Origin: Promethearchaeota archaeon
GTDB taxonomy: Archaea; Asgardarchaeota; Lokiarchaeia; Sigyniarchaeales; SOKP01
Direction of reading: 5' to 3'
NCBI GenBank assembly: GCA_048938445.1
Contig: JBHLME010000058.1
Span: 1-26,624 of the forward strand
Length of the DNA stretch: 26,624 nucleotides
This document shows positions 17,714 to 26,624 of the stretch, in pieces (position 1 is the first letter of the stretch; each line of letters begins with the position of its first letter). A model generated the notes under the pieces. The model had not been told where the DNA came from, made no database searches, and saw only the letters and a list, made by a program, of their open reading frames with translations. A program made the position numbers and the translations under genes.

Positions 17714-18879
17714 TAAATAAAATTGCTGTAATTGGTGCCGGATTAATGGGTCACGGTGCTGCTCAAGTTGCTATCATGGCAGGCTATGATGTGGTTCTTG
17801 TAGATATTAAAGACGAATTCGTAGATAATGGATATAATAAAATTGAAGAAGGTATCAAAAAACTCGAAGCAAAGGGACAATTAGGTGAAGGAGTTTCTGC
17901 TGCGGACGTGATGGGAAAATTAACAAAATCAATTGACTTGGCATCTGCTGTAAAGGATTGTGACATGGCTATTGAAGCAGTTGTTGAAAAAATGGATATT
18001 AAAAAACAAGTCACAAAAACCGTAATGGATAATGGACCTTCACATATCATTTTTTGTTCAAATACCTCGACAATGAGCATTACTGAAATTGGAAAGGACT
18101 GTGGTGCTCCTGAGAGAGTGTGTGGAATGCATTTCTTCAATCCTGTTCCATTGATGCGCTGCATAGAAGTTATTAAAAGTGCTGATACTAATGATGAAAC
18201 CTTTAACACGGCAATGGAAGTAGCACAAACTTTACCTTGCTTAAAGGGAAAGAGATATATTGCTCCTGTCTTGAAAGATCGTCCCGGTTTCATTGTTAAC
18301 AGATTAAATTCTCCAGTTCAAATTTATTTAAGTTGGGCATTTGACTATGCTCAAGAAAATGGTATTCCTTGGGAACAAATTGATGCTGATGCTGCGGGTT
18401 TAATGCCAATGGGACCATGTGAGTTATCTGATTATGTTGGATTAGATACTATGATGCACACATTAAATTATTATGCGGAAACATTATCAGATGATTATAA
18501 ACCTGGTAAAGTAATTATGGAAATGAATGAAGCAGGAACACTTGGTGCTAAAACGGGAAAGGGTTTCTTTGATTGGAGTGCTGGGCGACCAAAAATTGAT
18601 AAATCAACAAAAGCAGGAATCTTCAATGTAGAATATTCAATGGCAATAATGTTAAATGAAGGATGCCGAATTTTAGAAGAAGGTGTTGCATCTGGTTTTA
18701 AAATCATTGATGATGCAAATATGGCTGGAATGAACGTGCCTGGACCATTTGGAGCTGGTAAGAAAAACTTTGAAAAATGGTCAGGAATATTAAATGAACT
18801 AGCTGATAAAACCGGAAAAGACTATTTGAGACCCTGTGAATTGATGAAATCTGGCGAATTTGCCAAGATGCGCAAGTAA
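17707..18879 (+). CDS. 3-hydroxyacyl-CoA dehydrogenase with a duplicated C-terminal domain
   Basis: GAGLMGHG Rossmann motif, IEAVVE, SNTS, GMHFFNP, PGFIVNR, PMGP..LSDYVGLD, G.KTGKGFF, and a second C-domain NEGCRILEEGVA. Confidence 0.94.
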   Translation: MAVNKIAVIGAGLMGHGAAQVAIMAGYDVVLVDIKDEFVDNGYNKIEEGIKKLEAKGQLGEGVSAADVMGKLTKSIDLASAVKDCDMAIEAVVEKMDIKKQVTKTVMDNGPSHIIFCSNTSTMSITEIGKDCGAPERVCGMHFFNPVPLMRCIEVIKSADTNDETFNTAMEVAQTLPCLKGKRYIAPVLKDRPGFIVNRLNSPVQIYLSWAFDYAQENGIPWEQIDADAAGLMPMGPCELSDYVGLDTMMHTLNYYAETLSDDYKPGKVIMEMNEAGTLGAKTGKGFFDWSAGRPKIDKSTKAGIFNVEYSMAIMLNEGCRILEEGVASGFKIIDDANMAGMNVPGPFGAGKKNFEKWSGILNELADKTGKDYLRPCELMKSGEFAKMRK

Positions 18880-18885
18880 ATTTAA

Positions 18886-18920
18886 TTTTTTAACTTATTT
18901 TTTTCCTTTTTTTTTCCTTT
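18886..18920 (+). terminator. Oligo-T tracts, putative archaeal-type terminator
   Basis: Several runs of 7-9 T directly after the stop codon at 18879. Confidence 0.45.
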
Positions 18921-19064
18921 ATACGTATGTAATTATTTAAATCATGATTTTTTTAGGATTTCTTATTTAAAAATTTGAAAATTTTTAATTATAAAAAAGA
19001 TTACACTAATTATTCTTAAATCAATGATTCAAAGAAAAAAAATTAAGAAAAAGGTTGAAAAAAA

Positions 19065-19991
19065 ATGGCTGAATTTAAACAACTAAAGATTGAATTGCCA
19101 AACACGAAAGAAGGGGGAACTATCGATGGAAACTATGCGGTAATTTCATTAAACCGCCCTGATGCTTTAAATGCACTTCAAACTGAAACACTTAAAGAAG
19201 TCTATTTAGCACTTGAAGAAATGGAAGCGGATAAAGATATTAGATGTGTAGTGCTAAGAGGTACAAAAGATTTTACTAAAAAACCCGCATTTTCAGCAGG
19301 TGCTGATTTAGCAACAGGATTTGGGAAGGGATTATCACCTACGGTAGCTGCTGATATGATGCTTGCAATGCAACAAAAACATAGATACTATCATTTAATC
19401 GAAGCATTTCCAAAACCATTGATCGCTGCCGTTGATGGTTTTGCCCTTGGAGGTGGATGTGAATTGACATTAGCATGTGATATCGTTATTGCGACAAAAA
19501 GAGCAATATTCGGATTTCCAGAAATTCATAGAGGCATCTTTCCAGCAAACGGTGGTACTCAAAGAATGGCTAGACATATTGGACAAGCAAGAGCAATGAA
19601 TATGATTTATTTTGGTGAACAATTTAGTGGACAACAAATGTATGATTGGGGATATGTTTCCTTCCTTACTGAAGAAGGAGATGAATTTGAGAAAGTTATT
19701 GCTGAGAAAGCTAAATATCTTGGTTCTGCACCAACAACTAGCTTAGCTATTATCAAGAAAGCTGTTAAATTTGGAACTCAAGCAGCACTAGATGTCGGAA
19801 TACAATTTGAAATGATGGGTTTTGGTTTAAATAGCACTTCTTCAGATGTAACTGAAGGAATCGCAGCTTTTAACAGGAGAATAAAATGTCCTAAATGCGG
19901 TGGGAAGGGTAAATTTGAAGATGGAACCACTTGTCCAAATTGTGGTGGGCGTAAAAGGATTAGAGATACCCCAAAATACAAGGGTTATTAG
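19065..19991 (+). CDS. Enoyl-CoA hydratase/isomerase with a C-terminal DnaJ-type zinc-finger insert
   Basis: LNRPDALNAL, AFSAGADL, GFALGGGCEL and FGFPEI (both catalytic Glu present), plus CPKCGGKG..CPNCGGRK near the C-terminus. Confidence 0.93.
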   Translation: MAEFKQLKIELPNTKEGGTIDGNYAVISLNRPDALNALQTETLKEVYLALEEMEADKDIRCVVLRGTKDFTKKPAFSAGADLATGFGKGLSPTVAADMMLAMQQKHRYYHLIEAFPKPLIAAVDGFALGGGCELTLACDIVIATKRAIFGFPEIHRGIFPANGGTQRMARHIGQARAMNMIYFGEQFSGQQMYDWGYVSFLTEEGDEFEKVIAEKAKYLGSAPTTSLAIIKKAVKFGTQAALDVGIQFEMMGFGLNSTSSDVTEGIAAFNRRIKCPKCGGKGKFEDGTTCPNCGGRKRIRDTPKYKGY

Positions 19992-20066
19992 ATAAAAATC
20001 AAAAATTTAATAACAAACATTTCTTATTTTTTTTAAACTTTTTAATTTGTTAAAATCACAAACATC

Positions 20067-20621
20067 ATGTTAAATCCTATTGATATAGTTAATGAAATAA
20101 ATGATAATGATTTATTTCTCAGGAAGATTAGAAAAGATGATGCTTCTTTCATTTATGATAGCCTAAAACATGGTAGCGTGAACCTTTACTTATCTCTTGG
20201 GCCATTAATTTCTATAGAACATTCCAAAAGACTAATAAAAAGCTACTTAAAATCATGGGATCAAAAAACACAATTCACATATGTAATTGAATTACAGAGT
20301 GAAATCAAAATCCTTAAAATAGGTTGCGTGAGTTTGTGGAATATAAGTTGGTTGCATAAACGAGCAGAGATTGGTATTTGGCTAACTCCTGACAACTTTA
20401 ATAAGGGATTTGGAACAACAGCTTTAAATTTAATTAAAAATATTGGATTTTTTCATCTTAATTTAAACCGTCTCGAAGCACATACCGCAATTGAAAATGA
20501 AAATTCGATTAAACTTTTTGAAAAGAGTGGTTTCTTAAAAGAGGGATTATTAAAAGAATATATTAAGTTACAAGATGTATTTCATGATGCTTATATATAC
20601 TCAATTTTAAAAAATAAATAA
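20067..20621 (+). CDS. GNAT N-acetyltransferase, RimJ/RimL family
   Basis: LFLRKI, RAEIGIWL, NKGFGT, LNLNRL, NENSIKLFEKSGFLKEG and FHDAYIY. Confidence 0.92.
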   Translation: MLNPIDIVNEINDNDLFLRKIRKDDASFIYDSLKHGSVNLYLSLGPLISIEHSKRLIKSYLKSWDQKTQFTYVIELQSEIKILKIGCVSLWNISWLHKRAEIGIWLTPDNFNKGFGTTALNLIKNIGFFHLNLNRLEAHTAIENENSIKLFEKSGFLKEGLLKEYIKLQDVFHDAYIYSILKNK

Positions 20622-20696
20622 TGTCAAAATAAATTGGCAACTAGATTAATTTTTAATATTATTAAATACTAAATAAAAAAGAAAAAAATAATAAAT

Positions 20697-23591
20697 TTAT
20701 GATTTATTAGGTTTATCTTTTGTTATTTTAGAACCTTCTTCAATATTTTTGGAAGTAGGTATATATTGATCAGGTTGATAAATTTCAATTTTTCCCTTAA
20801 TTGATTTCCCTGTAATTCCTAAGTTATTTTTAAAAGATTCTTCAAAAGATTTTTCACGTGGAACAAAATCAGTTGAAACTCCACCTTTTTTACGTAATTT
20901 ACTCTTGAATTTTCGAACTTTTCTAACAGGTTTTGGATATTTTAGTACTTTTTGATACGCATAGATATAACTACTAAAACCTATCGTTCCAACAACTCCC
21001 ACGATTATCAATATTCGAACAAGATTTAATAGAAATTCATCTTGAGTTGATAATTTTACAACTACAGTATACTCCTCTCTTTCGATTTCATAATTAAATC
21101 CTGCATCAACTCGGATATCGATAGTATAAACATCTGCAGCTAAGACACCCAGAATTACTTCGTATGTTCCGTCACCATTATCCGTCATTTGAACGTAATC
21201 ATCTGTAAATCTCCACTTGTAAGAAACATCAGCACCCACTATTGGTTGATTGAAATACGTGTCATTTAGATAGAGTTCTATCTTTACAGATTGACCTGTA
21301 ATGTATTCTAATACTGTCGATCCTGAGAGTGGAACAATTTTAAAAGTAAGCGGATCCAACTTTATTAACATGTCCTTTACTAACGTGTTATAGTTAGGAT
21401 GGTTAAAACTTACATATAAAAACCGAGTTCCATAAAAGTTAAATGCTGAGAGACTATCTATTGTATAATTATAGTATGTAGAAGGGCTCTCGTCAAATAC
21501 ATACTCCGTATTATCGGGAGCAATTGCTTTAAACTCCGCATTGCCTATATAAGCACTAGTATTTACATCATATGCTCTCGCAGTAATATTTATGGGTTCT
21601 CCAATAGTTATATTAATTTGTGGAGTATTGACATCAGTGACATTGAATCCATTCACGAGTATTTCCATGGTAGCATCCTTAACATTGATACCTATAATGA
21701 TTTGAACCGTACTAGACGTATAATTGGTTTTTTCAGCATATATAGTGTAGACGTATACCCCTTCACTTATACTGGATGTATTTAAATTCAAATAATAAGA
21801 ATCAATCATGGGGACGTAGCTAAAGTTACCAATATTAACACTAGCTTTATTGACAATTCTTAATAACTGAACTGTTGAATTCAAAACTGTTTCATTCGTT
21901 ATTTGATCTATATATTTACACGTGATATTAAGGTCATCGCCAGAAAAGTGAGAGTAATATTCTGTCCTTTTAATATCTTCAAGATAAATGTTATCCTCAT
22001 CGAGATAAGCAGTCCTCGAATTTACTCTAATGGTTAACGAAATTTCAATAGTCGTATAGGTATATTTGCTGGCTTCGATTTTGAACACCGTATCTCCAAA
22101 ACCTATGCTTGAAGTGTTGATTAAGATATAATAATAATCGCTGGCCTCATTCAAATCCACTATATCATATCCTGGTCCAAGTATTGTAACGTTAGCACCA
22201 GCTATAAATTCTCCCGAAGAATTTTCAAAGATAAATGTTATGTTAACAATTTCATTAATGCTAGTATCATGAGACCGTATCAATGTCTTATCTTGATTAT
22301 CTAATAATAATTGATAATCCGTATCGATTTCATTCAGTTCTTTATAATAAGTGATATTAAGATATATATTGTCAAGTGAGACTTTGATAGTTTTGCTTAG
22401 ATTAAAATTATCATTTATAAGTAATTCGATGGTAATATTAATCTCAATATCATTTAGGATACGAGAAGTAACATCAAATGTAACATTTTGAAATGATGTT
22501 GTTGCATCTTTTAATTCAATCGTCTCTATATAGGGATCATCATTTATATACACTATAATCTCTGAATTTGGGGAACTGGCAGGCCAAGTGTCATTTATCA
22601 TGTATTCCAAAAAAACTTTTGCTTCAGTAACAGTTGATCCACTGGGCAATGCATTTCCCTTTTGATTCCAAGATACAGCAGATTCATAATTTATTACTTT
22701 TTTATAAGTGAAATTGAGACTGACCCGATCTATTCTTAAATAGTTCCACGTGTCATCATCATATCCAATATCATCATCAACAAACTCTGATTCTATTCCT
22801 ATAAACATTGCAAAATTTTGTTTATCTTCATTCAAGACACTTTCTAATACAGAAATTAGAACAGATTCATTAACAACGAACATGGGATAATTTGTATAAG
22901 TCGACTGATAAAATGTACGTTCTGCTACTTTATATCTATATGTTTCAGATGGATCTGTTAAAATTACATACAACATTCCCTTATCGTTAGCTTCTAGATT
23001 ACCTCCAGAACTTGAACTTACATGAGCAGATAATTCTGCACTTACAATCTCATAATCGGAAATATTATCGTCAGTTGAAACATCCATTCGCCAAAACGTC
23101 CCCGCGTGCTGAGGATCTGGATACCCATCATCCCATTTATGATATAAATAGGCTCCATTACTAAATCCATCACTAATGTCAACATTATCAGGAGGACCAA
23201 AATCAGTATATGGATTGTCAATACTATCACCCCAATCTGAATAGGTGGGTATTTCATTATAGGTATAGGATCCCTCATCACCAAGAACTTCAAATCCCGC
23301 CACCCCTGACTCATAAAAAACATTTAAATCATTATTTGCATCAACTAGGCTCTCTGTCCAATTCGTTGTTCCTGAATCAAAGCCATTATTTGTAAGCCAT
23401 TCTTGATCCAGGAAGTATTGCTTATAAGTTCCAGCAGAGTTTCTAAGAAGGAGATCTGCTTGATTAGAATCATTATCAAGCTGATTTTGATAATTTATTG
23501 AGATATTTATCATAAATATATTTCCTATAAAAATTAAAACAAAAATACTTGAATATAATATGAATTTTATTTTTGATTTTTTATTTGACAT
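20697..23591 (-). CDS. Large cell-surface glycoprotein (signal/anchor, acidic N-terminal domain, about four Ig-like repeats, TM helix, basic cytoplasmic tail)
   Basis: The ATG at 23591 is preceded by GGAGGA (23598-23603) and preferred over the GTG at 23624. Many N-x-S/T sequons, ~100-aa beta-rich repeats, and TM ILIIVGVVGTIGFSSYIYAY. Confidence 0.88.
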   Translation of the reverse strand: MSNKKSKIKFILYSSIFVLIFIGNIFMINISINYQNQLDNDSNQADLLLRNSAGTYKQYFLDQEWLTNNGFDSGTTNWTESLVDANNDLNVFYESGVAGFEVLGDEGSYTYNEIPTYSDWGDSIDNPYTDFGPPDNVDISDGFSNGAYLYHKWDDGYPDPQHAGTFWRMDVSTDDNISDYEIVSAELSAHVSSSSGGNLEANDKGMLYVILTDPSETYRYKVAERTFYQSTYTNYPMFVVNESVLISVLESVLNEDKQNFAMFIGIESEFVDDDIGYDDDTWNYLRIDRVSLNFTYKKVINYESAVSWNQKGNALPSGSTVTEAKVFLEYMINDTWPASSPNSEIIVYINDDPYIETIELKDATTSFQNVTFDVTSRILNDIEINITIELLINDNFNLSKTIKVSLDNIYLNITYYKELNEIDTDYQLLLDNQDKTLIRSHDTSINEIVNITFIFENSSGEFIAGANVTILGPGYDIVDLNEASDYYYILINTSSIGFGDTVFKIEASKYTYTTIEISLTIRVNSRTAYLDEDNIYLEDIKRTEYYSHFSGDDLNITCKYIDQITNETVLNSTVQLLRIVNKASVNIGNFSYVPMIDSYYLNLNTSSISEGVYVYTIYAEKTNYTSSTVQIIIGINVKDATMEILVNGFNVTDVNTPQINITIGEPINITARAYDVNTSAYIGNAEFKAIAPDNTEYVFDESPSTYYNYTIDSLSAFNFYGTRFLYVSFNHPNYNTLVKDMLIKLDPLTFKIVPLSGSTVLEYITGQSVKIELYLNDTYFNQPIVGADVSYKWRFTDDYVQMTDNGDGTYEVILGVLAADVYTIDIRVDAGFNYEIEREEYTVVVKLSTQDEFLLNLVRILIIVGVVGTIGFSSYIYAYQKVLKYPKPVRKVRKFKSKLRKKGGVSTDFVPREKSFEESFKNNLGITGKSIKGKIEIYQPDQYIPTSKNIEEGSKITKDKPNKS

Positions 23592-23876
23592 GTATAATCC
23601 TCCAAATAAGAATATTAAATCCACAAGAGTAATTTAGATGAATTTAATTTATCTATAATGTAATTATTCTTATATAAAAATAAATGTATTATATTTTTTT
23701 TTTTCAATAATAGATTCTTCAAATAAAAATAACTAAGAAAAGTAATATAATAAGTTTTATATTAAATCGTTCTTAGAGGTAATTTTATTTTAAAGTGAAA
23801 TAATCTTGTTTTATTTAAATATGTTTATCTTTAAATAAAAAAAAGAAGTAAAATTATTTACTTAGTCCAGATTGGG

Positions 23877-26624
23877 CTAACTTTTAGTTATTTTAGAATC
23901 TTCTTTAATGTTTTTAGAAGTTGGTAAATATTGATCTGGGGTAGATATATCAACTTTCCCTTTTAATGATTTACCTGCTAAGCCCCATTTTTCTTTATAG
24001 GATTCTTCAAAAGCCTTTTCACGTGGAACGATATCAACCGAGACGCTCCTCTTTTTACGCAATTTACTCTTGAATTTTCGAACTTTTCTAACGGGTTTAG
24101 GGAATTTCAACACTTTTTGATAAGCATAAATATAACTACTGAATGCTATTGCACCTATTATTCCAACAGCAGCTAAAACTTGTATGATAAAAATCAGGAA
24201 GGCATCGTTAGCTGAAGTTTTAATGTTAACATATACTGTTTTTGTTGCAAATTCGTAATTATCGTCCTTGAATGCGGTGATATAGAATGTATATAAACCC
24301 TCTTGGGCAGGTCCCAGGGTTATTTCGTAAATTCCATCATTATCAGGATCCAATAAAAGTCCAGATCCTAGTGAAGAGGTATATTTCACCTCGGCACCCA
24401 TAATTGGTAAACCAAAATCTGTATCGTTTATACGTACGCTAATCACAATATTTTGCCCCGTTACTAACTGGATGGTTTCACCTCCCACGGGCACGATTTC
24501 TACATGTCTCTGAAGCACATATAATTTTATCTCAATATTAAAAGGTTGATAATTGGTTTCCGAAGCACTCAGGTAGAGGATCTTCCTTCCAAATCCTAAA
24601 CTTGTCGTATCTAAGATATAATCTTGATAATTAAGTTTAGTATCATCTAATATCTGAGTAATGTCTGATCCATTTACCCTCCATGTCAATTCTGTCGTGC
24701 CGTTAATATATTTCTTAGTATCATTTGCAAGATACCTTACGGTAACATTTAAGAGAGAACCGTAAGGGACTTCAATTTCAACAGTATCATTGGTTAAATA
24801 TTGCACTCCGTTCAAGTAAAGTTCTAAGTCTGTTGGTTTGGAAATAATATTAATCTGAATGGTAAAAGATTGGGTTAAATAACCGTTCCTACTTGCTTGA
24901 ATTGTAAGAAAATTCAAACCCCAAAGCAATCCCGAACTATTTGTTTCGAACATCAAGGTATATACATTACCATCACTATTTAGGGAATCAATATAAGAGA
25001 CACCACCGGTAATGTTCACATCAGCAGAATCGATTAACTCACCTGTATAATAATCACAATAATCGACAGAGATGTTCAAAGTTTCATCTATTTCTATAGG
25101 ACCAAATACAAATATGTGATTTGCGGGGATTTCTTTTTCGTTTCCATTCAAAAATAGGGTTAGATTAGATTGTCTCTCTCCTATGTAGATAATTAATGTA
25201 ACTGGTTGGGCAATATAACCTGTCGCTTCAGCATATATATCCAACCTATTAATCGAACCACTTAAATCGTCAGTATCGATGCTAACTGAATAATTATTTC
25301 CTCCATAAGGTTTCATTATTGCGTTTATACCTGATCCATTAATAGTAACTTCAGCACCAGTTATAGGAGTTCCTACTGAATCTTGATATGTGAGATTAAC
25401 CAGGACAGTGCCTCCTATCGTCGCAGTTATATCGCCTTGTATCGTTCCGTTTAAATATAAGATCGTCGCAGATCCCTTCAGATCAATAACGATGGTTAAT
25501 TGCACGGAACTGGTGGTTACATTTTCCTTTTCAGCAGTTACGGTCCAATAATACACTCCTTTTGACCTATCTGTTGTATCATATGTTAAATTATAAGAAT
25601 GTAAAGTTTGATGCTCAGAAAAATTGCCTAAAACCATTGTCCCGTCTTTTAATTGCACGGTTGCATTTTCAATAGGATTTCCGGTATCATCATCTATGTA
25701 TTCAATAGTTATATTTAATGGATCCCCTGAGGGGAAATTTTCTATAGTTTTTGTAGTGGTTTTATCCGTGCCATTTAAATAGACTTTACTAATATAAGCA
25801 TACCTATCTACAACGGTAATTTTAAAAGAAATTTCTTGAGTTTCATAGAGATACTTGCTTGCTGTTAATTTAAAATAGTTATCTCCATATCCAATTTGGT
25901 ATGTGGGTATATTGATATAATATCGATTAAATGCATCAGGAGATAATGTCTGGTTCAAACCCTCCCCAGTCAACCGCAATGATGCACCAGTAATATAATC
26001 TGATGTAAGATTTTTATAAATACCCGTGATATTAATAATTTCACCCATTATTGCTTCCGTTTCTTTAGGCAATGTTATGTTATCATTATTTACTATTAAG
26101 TCCAACTCTGTACCTTGATCTGGAACAGTTTCAATGTAAGAGATCCAGAGTTCTACTTCATCAATTGAGACCGTAATATTTTCTCCTAAATTAAACTCGT
26201 CCGCAATGAGAATTTTTAAAGTGAGATTTATTTCTTTATCTTCATCAATTAAAGCATTTACATCTAATCCTCCTGACTTTGCTTCTTGAAAAGAAGCGCT
26301 TGCTCCAGCTAAAGCGATAGTTTCTCCAAGGCGATTTTCATTAATTTCAATTTCAAATCTAGAATTTAAAGAAGTCGTTGTTTGTGTCCAATTCTTATCA
26401 ACTTTGTATTTAAAATTAAGCACTGCATCCGTGACTTGTATTGGATTTGGGCTTAAATCATTAGGTTTGATCGTATCTTGATTCCAAGACATGGTTGATA
26501 ATTGATTAATTTTTTTCTCACAAGTAAAACTAAAATCACAAGATTTTATGATTAATTCATCAAAATCATCATCATCAGACCAAAAATTATCCTCACAATT
26601 AATAAATATACCGATTGTTATAGT
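23877..26624 (-). CDS. Paralogous large cell-surface glycoprotein with about six Ig-like repeats (5' end beyond the window)
   Basis: The frame stays open from 26492 to the window edge (TITIGIFINCEDNFWSDDDDFDELIIKSCDFSFTCEKKINQLST-MSWNQ) and aligns with the paralog's FIGIESEFVDDDIGYDDDTWNYLRIDRVSLNFTYKKVINYESAVSWNQ, so Met at 26492 is internal. Confidence 0.9.
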   Translation of the reverse strand, partial: TITIGIFINCEDNFWSDDDDFDELIIKSCDFSFTCEKKINQLSTMSWNQDTIKPNDLSPNPIQVTDAVLNFKYKVDKNWTQTTTSLNSRFEIEINENRLGETIALAGASASFQEAKSGGLDVNALIDEDKEINLTLKILIADEFNLGENITVSIDEVELWISYIETVPDQGTELDLIVNNDNITLPKETEAIMGEIINITGIYKNLTSDYITGASLRLTGEGLNQTLSPDAFNRYYINIPTYQIGYGDNYFKLTASKYLYETQEISFKITVVDRYAYISKVYLNGTDKTTTKTIENFPSGDPLNITIEYIDDDTGNPIENATVQLKDGTMVLGNFSEHQTLHSYNLTYDTTDRSKGVYYWTVTAEKENVTTSSVQLTIVIDLKGSATILYLNGTIQGDITATIGGTVLVNLTYQDSVGTPITGAEVTINGSGINAIMKPYGGNNYSVSIDTDDLSGSINRLDIYAEATGYIAQPVTLIIYIGERQSNLTLFLNGNEKEIPANHIFVFGPIEIDETLNISVDYCDYYTGELIDSADVNITGGVSYIDSLNSDGNVYTLMFETNSSGLLWGLNFLTIQASRNGYLTQSFTIQINIISKPTDLELYLNGVQYLTNDTVEIEVPYGSLLNVTVRYLANDTKKYINGTTELTWRVNGSDITQILDDTKLNYQDYILDTTSLGFGRKILYLSASETNYQPFNIEIKLYVLQRHVEIVPVGGETIQLVTGQNIVISVRINDTDFGLPIMGAEVKYTSSLGSGLLLDPDNDGIYEITLGPAQEGLYTFYITAFKDDNYEFATKTVYVNIKTSANDAFLIFIIQVLAAVGIIGAIAFSSYIYAYQKVLKFPKPVRKVRKFKSKLRKKRSVSVDIVPREKAFEESYKEKWGLAGKSLKGKVDISTPDQYLPTSKNIKEDSKITKS

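Noticed and set aside
14980-19981. Minus-strand ORFs at 14980, 16444, 16616, 17784, 18495 and 19778
   Set aside because: Antisense to clear genes. Stop-poor reverse frames are expected from codon bias.
23042-23395. Nested ORFs 23042..23323 (-) and 23210..23395 (+)
   Set aside because: Alternative frames inside the large surface protein gene, without motifs.
26490-26492. ATG start proposed by the ORF track for the 871-aa protein
   Set aside because: The frame is open and homologous to the paralog up to the window edge, so this Met is internal.
1-26624. CRISPR array, tRNA/rRNA, transposase or integrase
   Set aside because: No regularly spaced repeat-spacer units, no GC-rich structured RNA island and no recombinase motifs were seen.

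Overview
A strongly AT-rich, gene-dense archaeal window. The gene repertoire and style (aroA'-type aldolase, V4R-like protein, sequon-rich type I surface proteins, oligo-T terminators) suggest an Asgard/Lokiarchaeia-like genome, which is an inference. Left to right: (1) a tandem array of at least four uncharacterised membrane proteins built from one or two copies of a 4-TM module; (2) a lipid/glycan-modification region with two UPF0104/LPG-synthase-TM flippase-like genes (one fused to a SAM methyltransferase), a B12-binding radical SAM enzyme, GT87-like and GT2 glycosyltransferases, and an orphan degenerate NuoCD/group-4-hydrogenase-like subunit; (3) aroA' and nadB, divergent; (4) a membrane protein, LMW phosphatase, degenerate macrodomain and V4R-like protein; (5) 3-hydroxyacyl-CoA dehydrogenase, an enoyl-CoA hydratase with a DnaJ-type Zn finger, and a GNAT; (6) two paralogous large surface glycoproteins with Ig-like repeats and a highly conserved cytoplasmic tail. 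The main non-coding signal is a palindrome (AATTRGA-G-TCYAATT) beside a TATA-like box upstream of three array genes. A fourth, orphaned copy with compensatory changes and an 8-codon gene relic lies 3.3 kb away, pointing antisense into the radical SAM gene. No rRNA, tRNA, CRISPR array or transposase was recognised.
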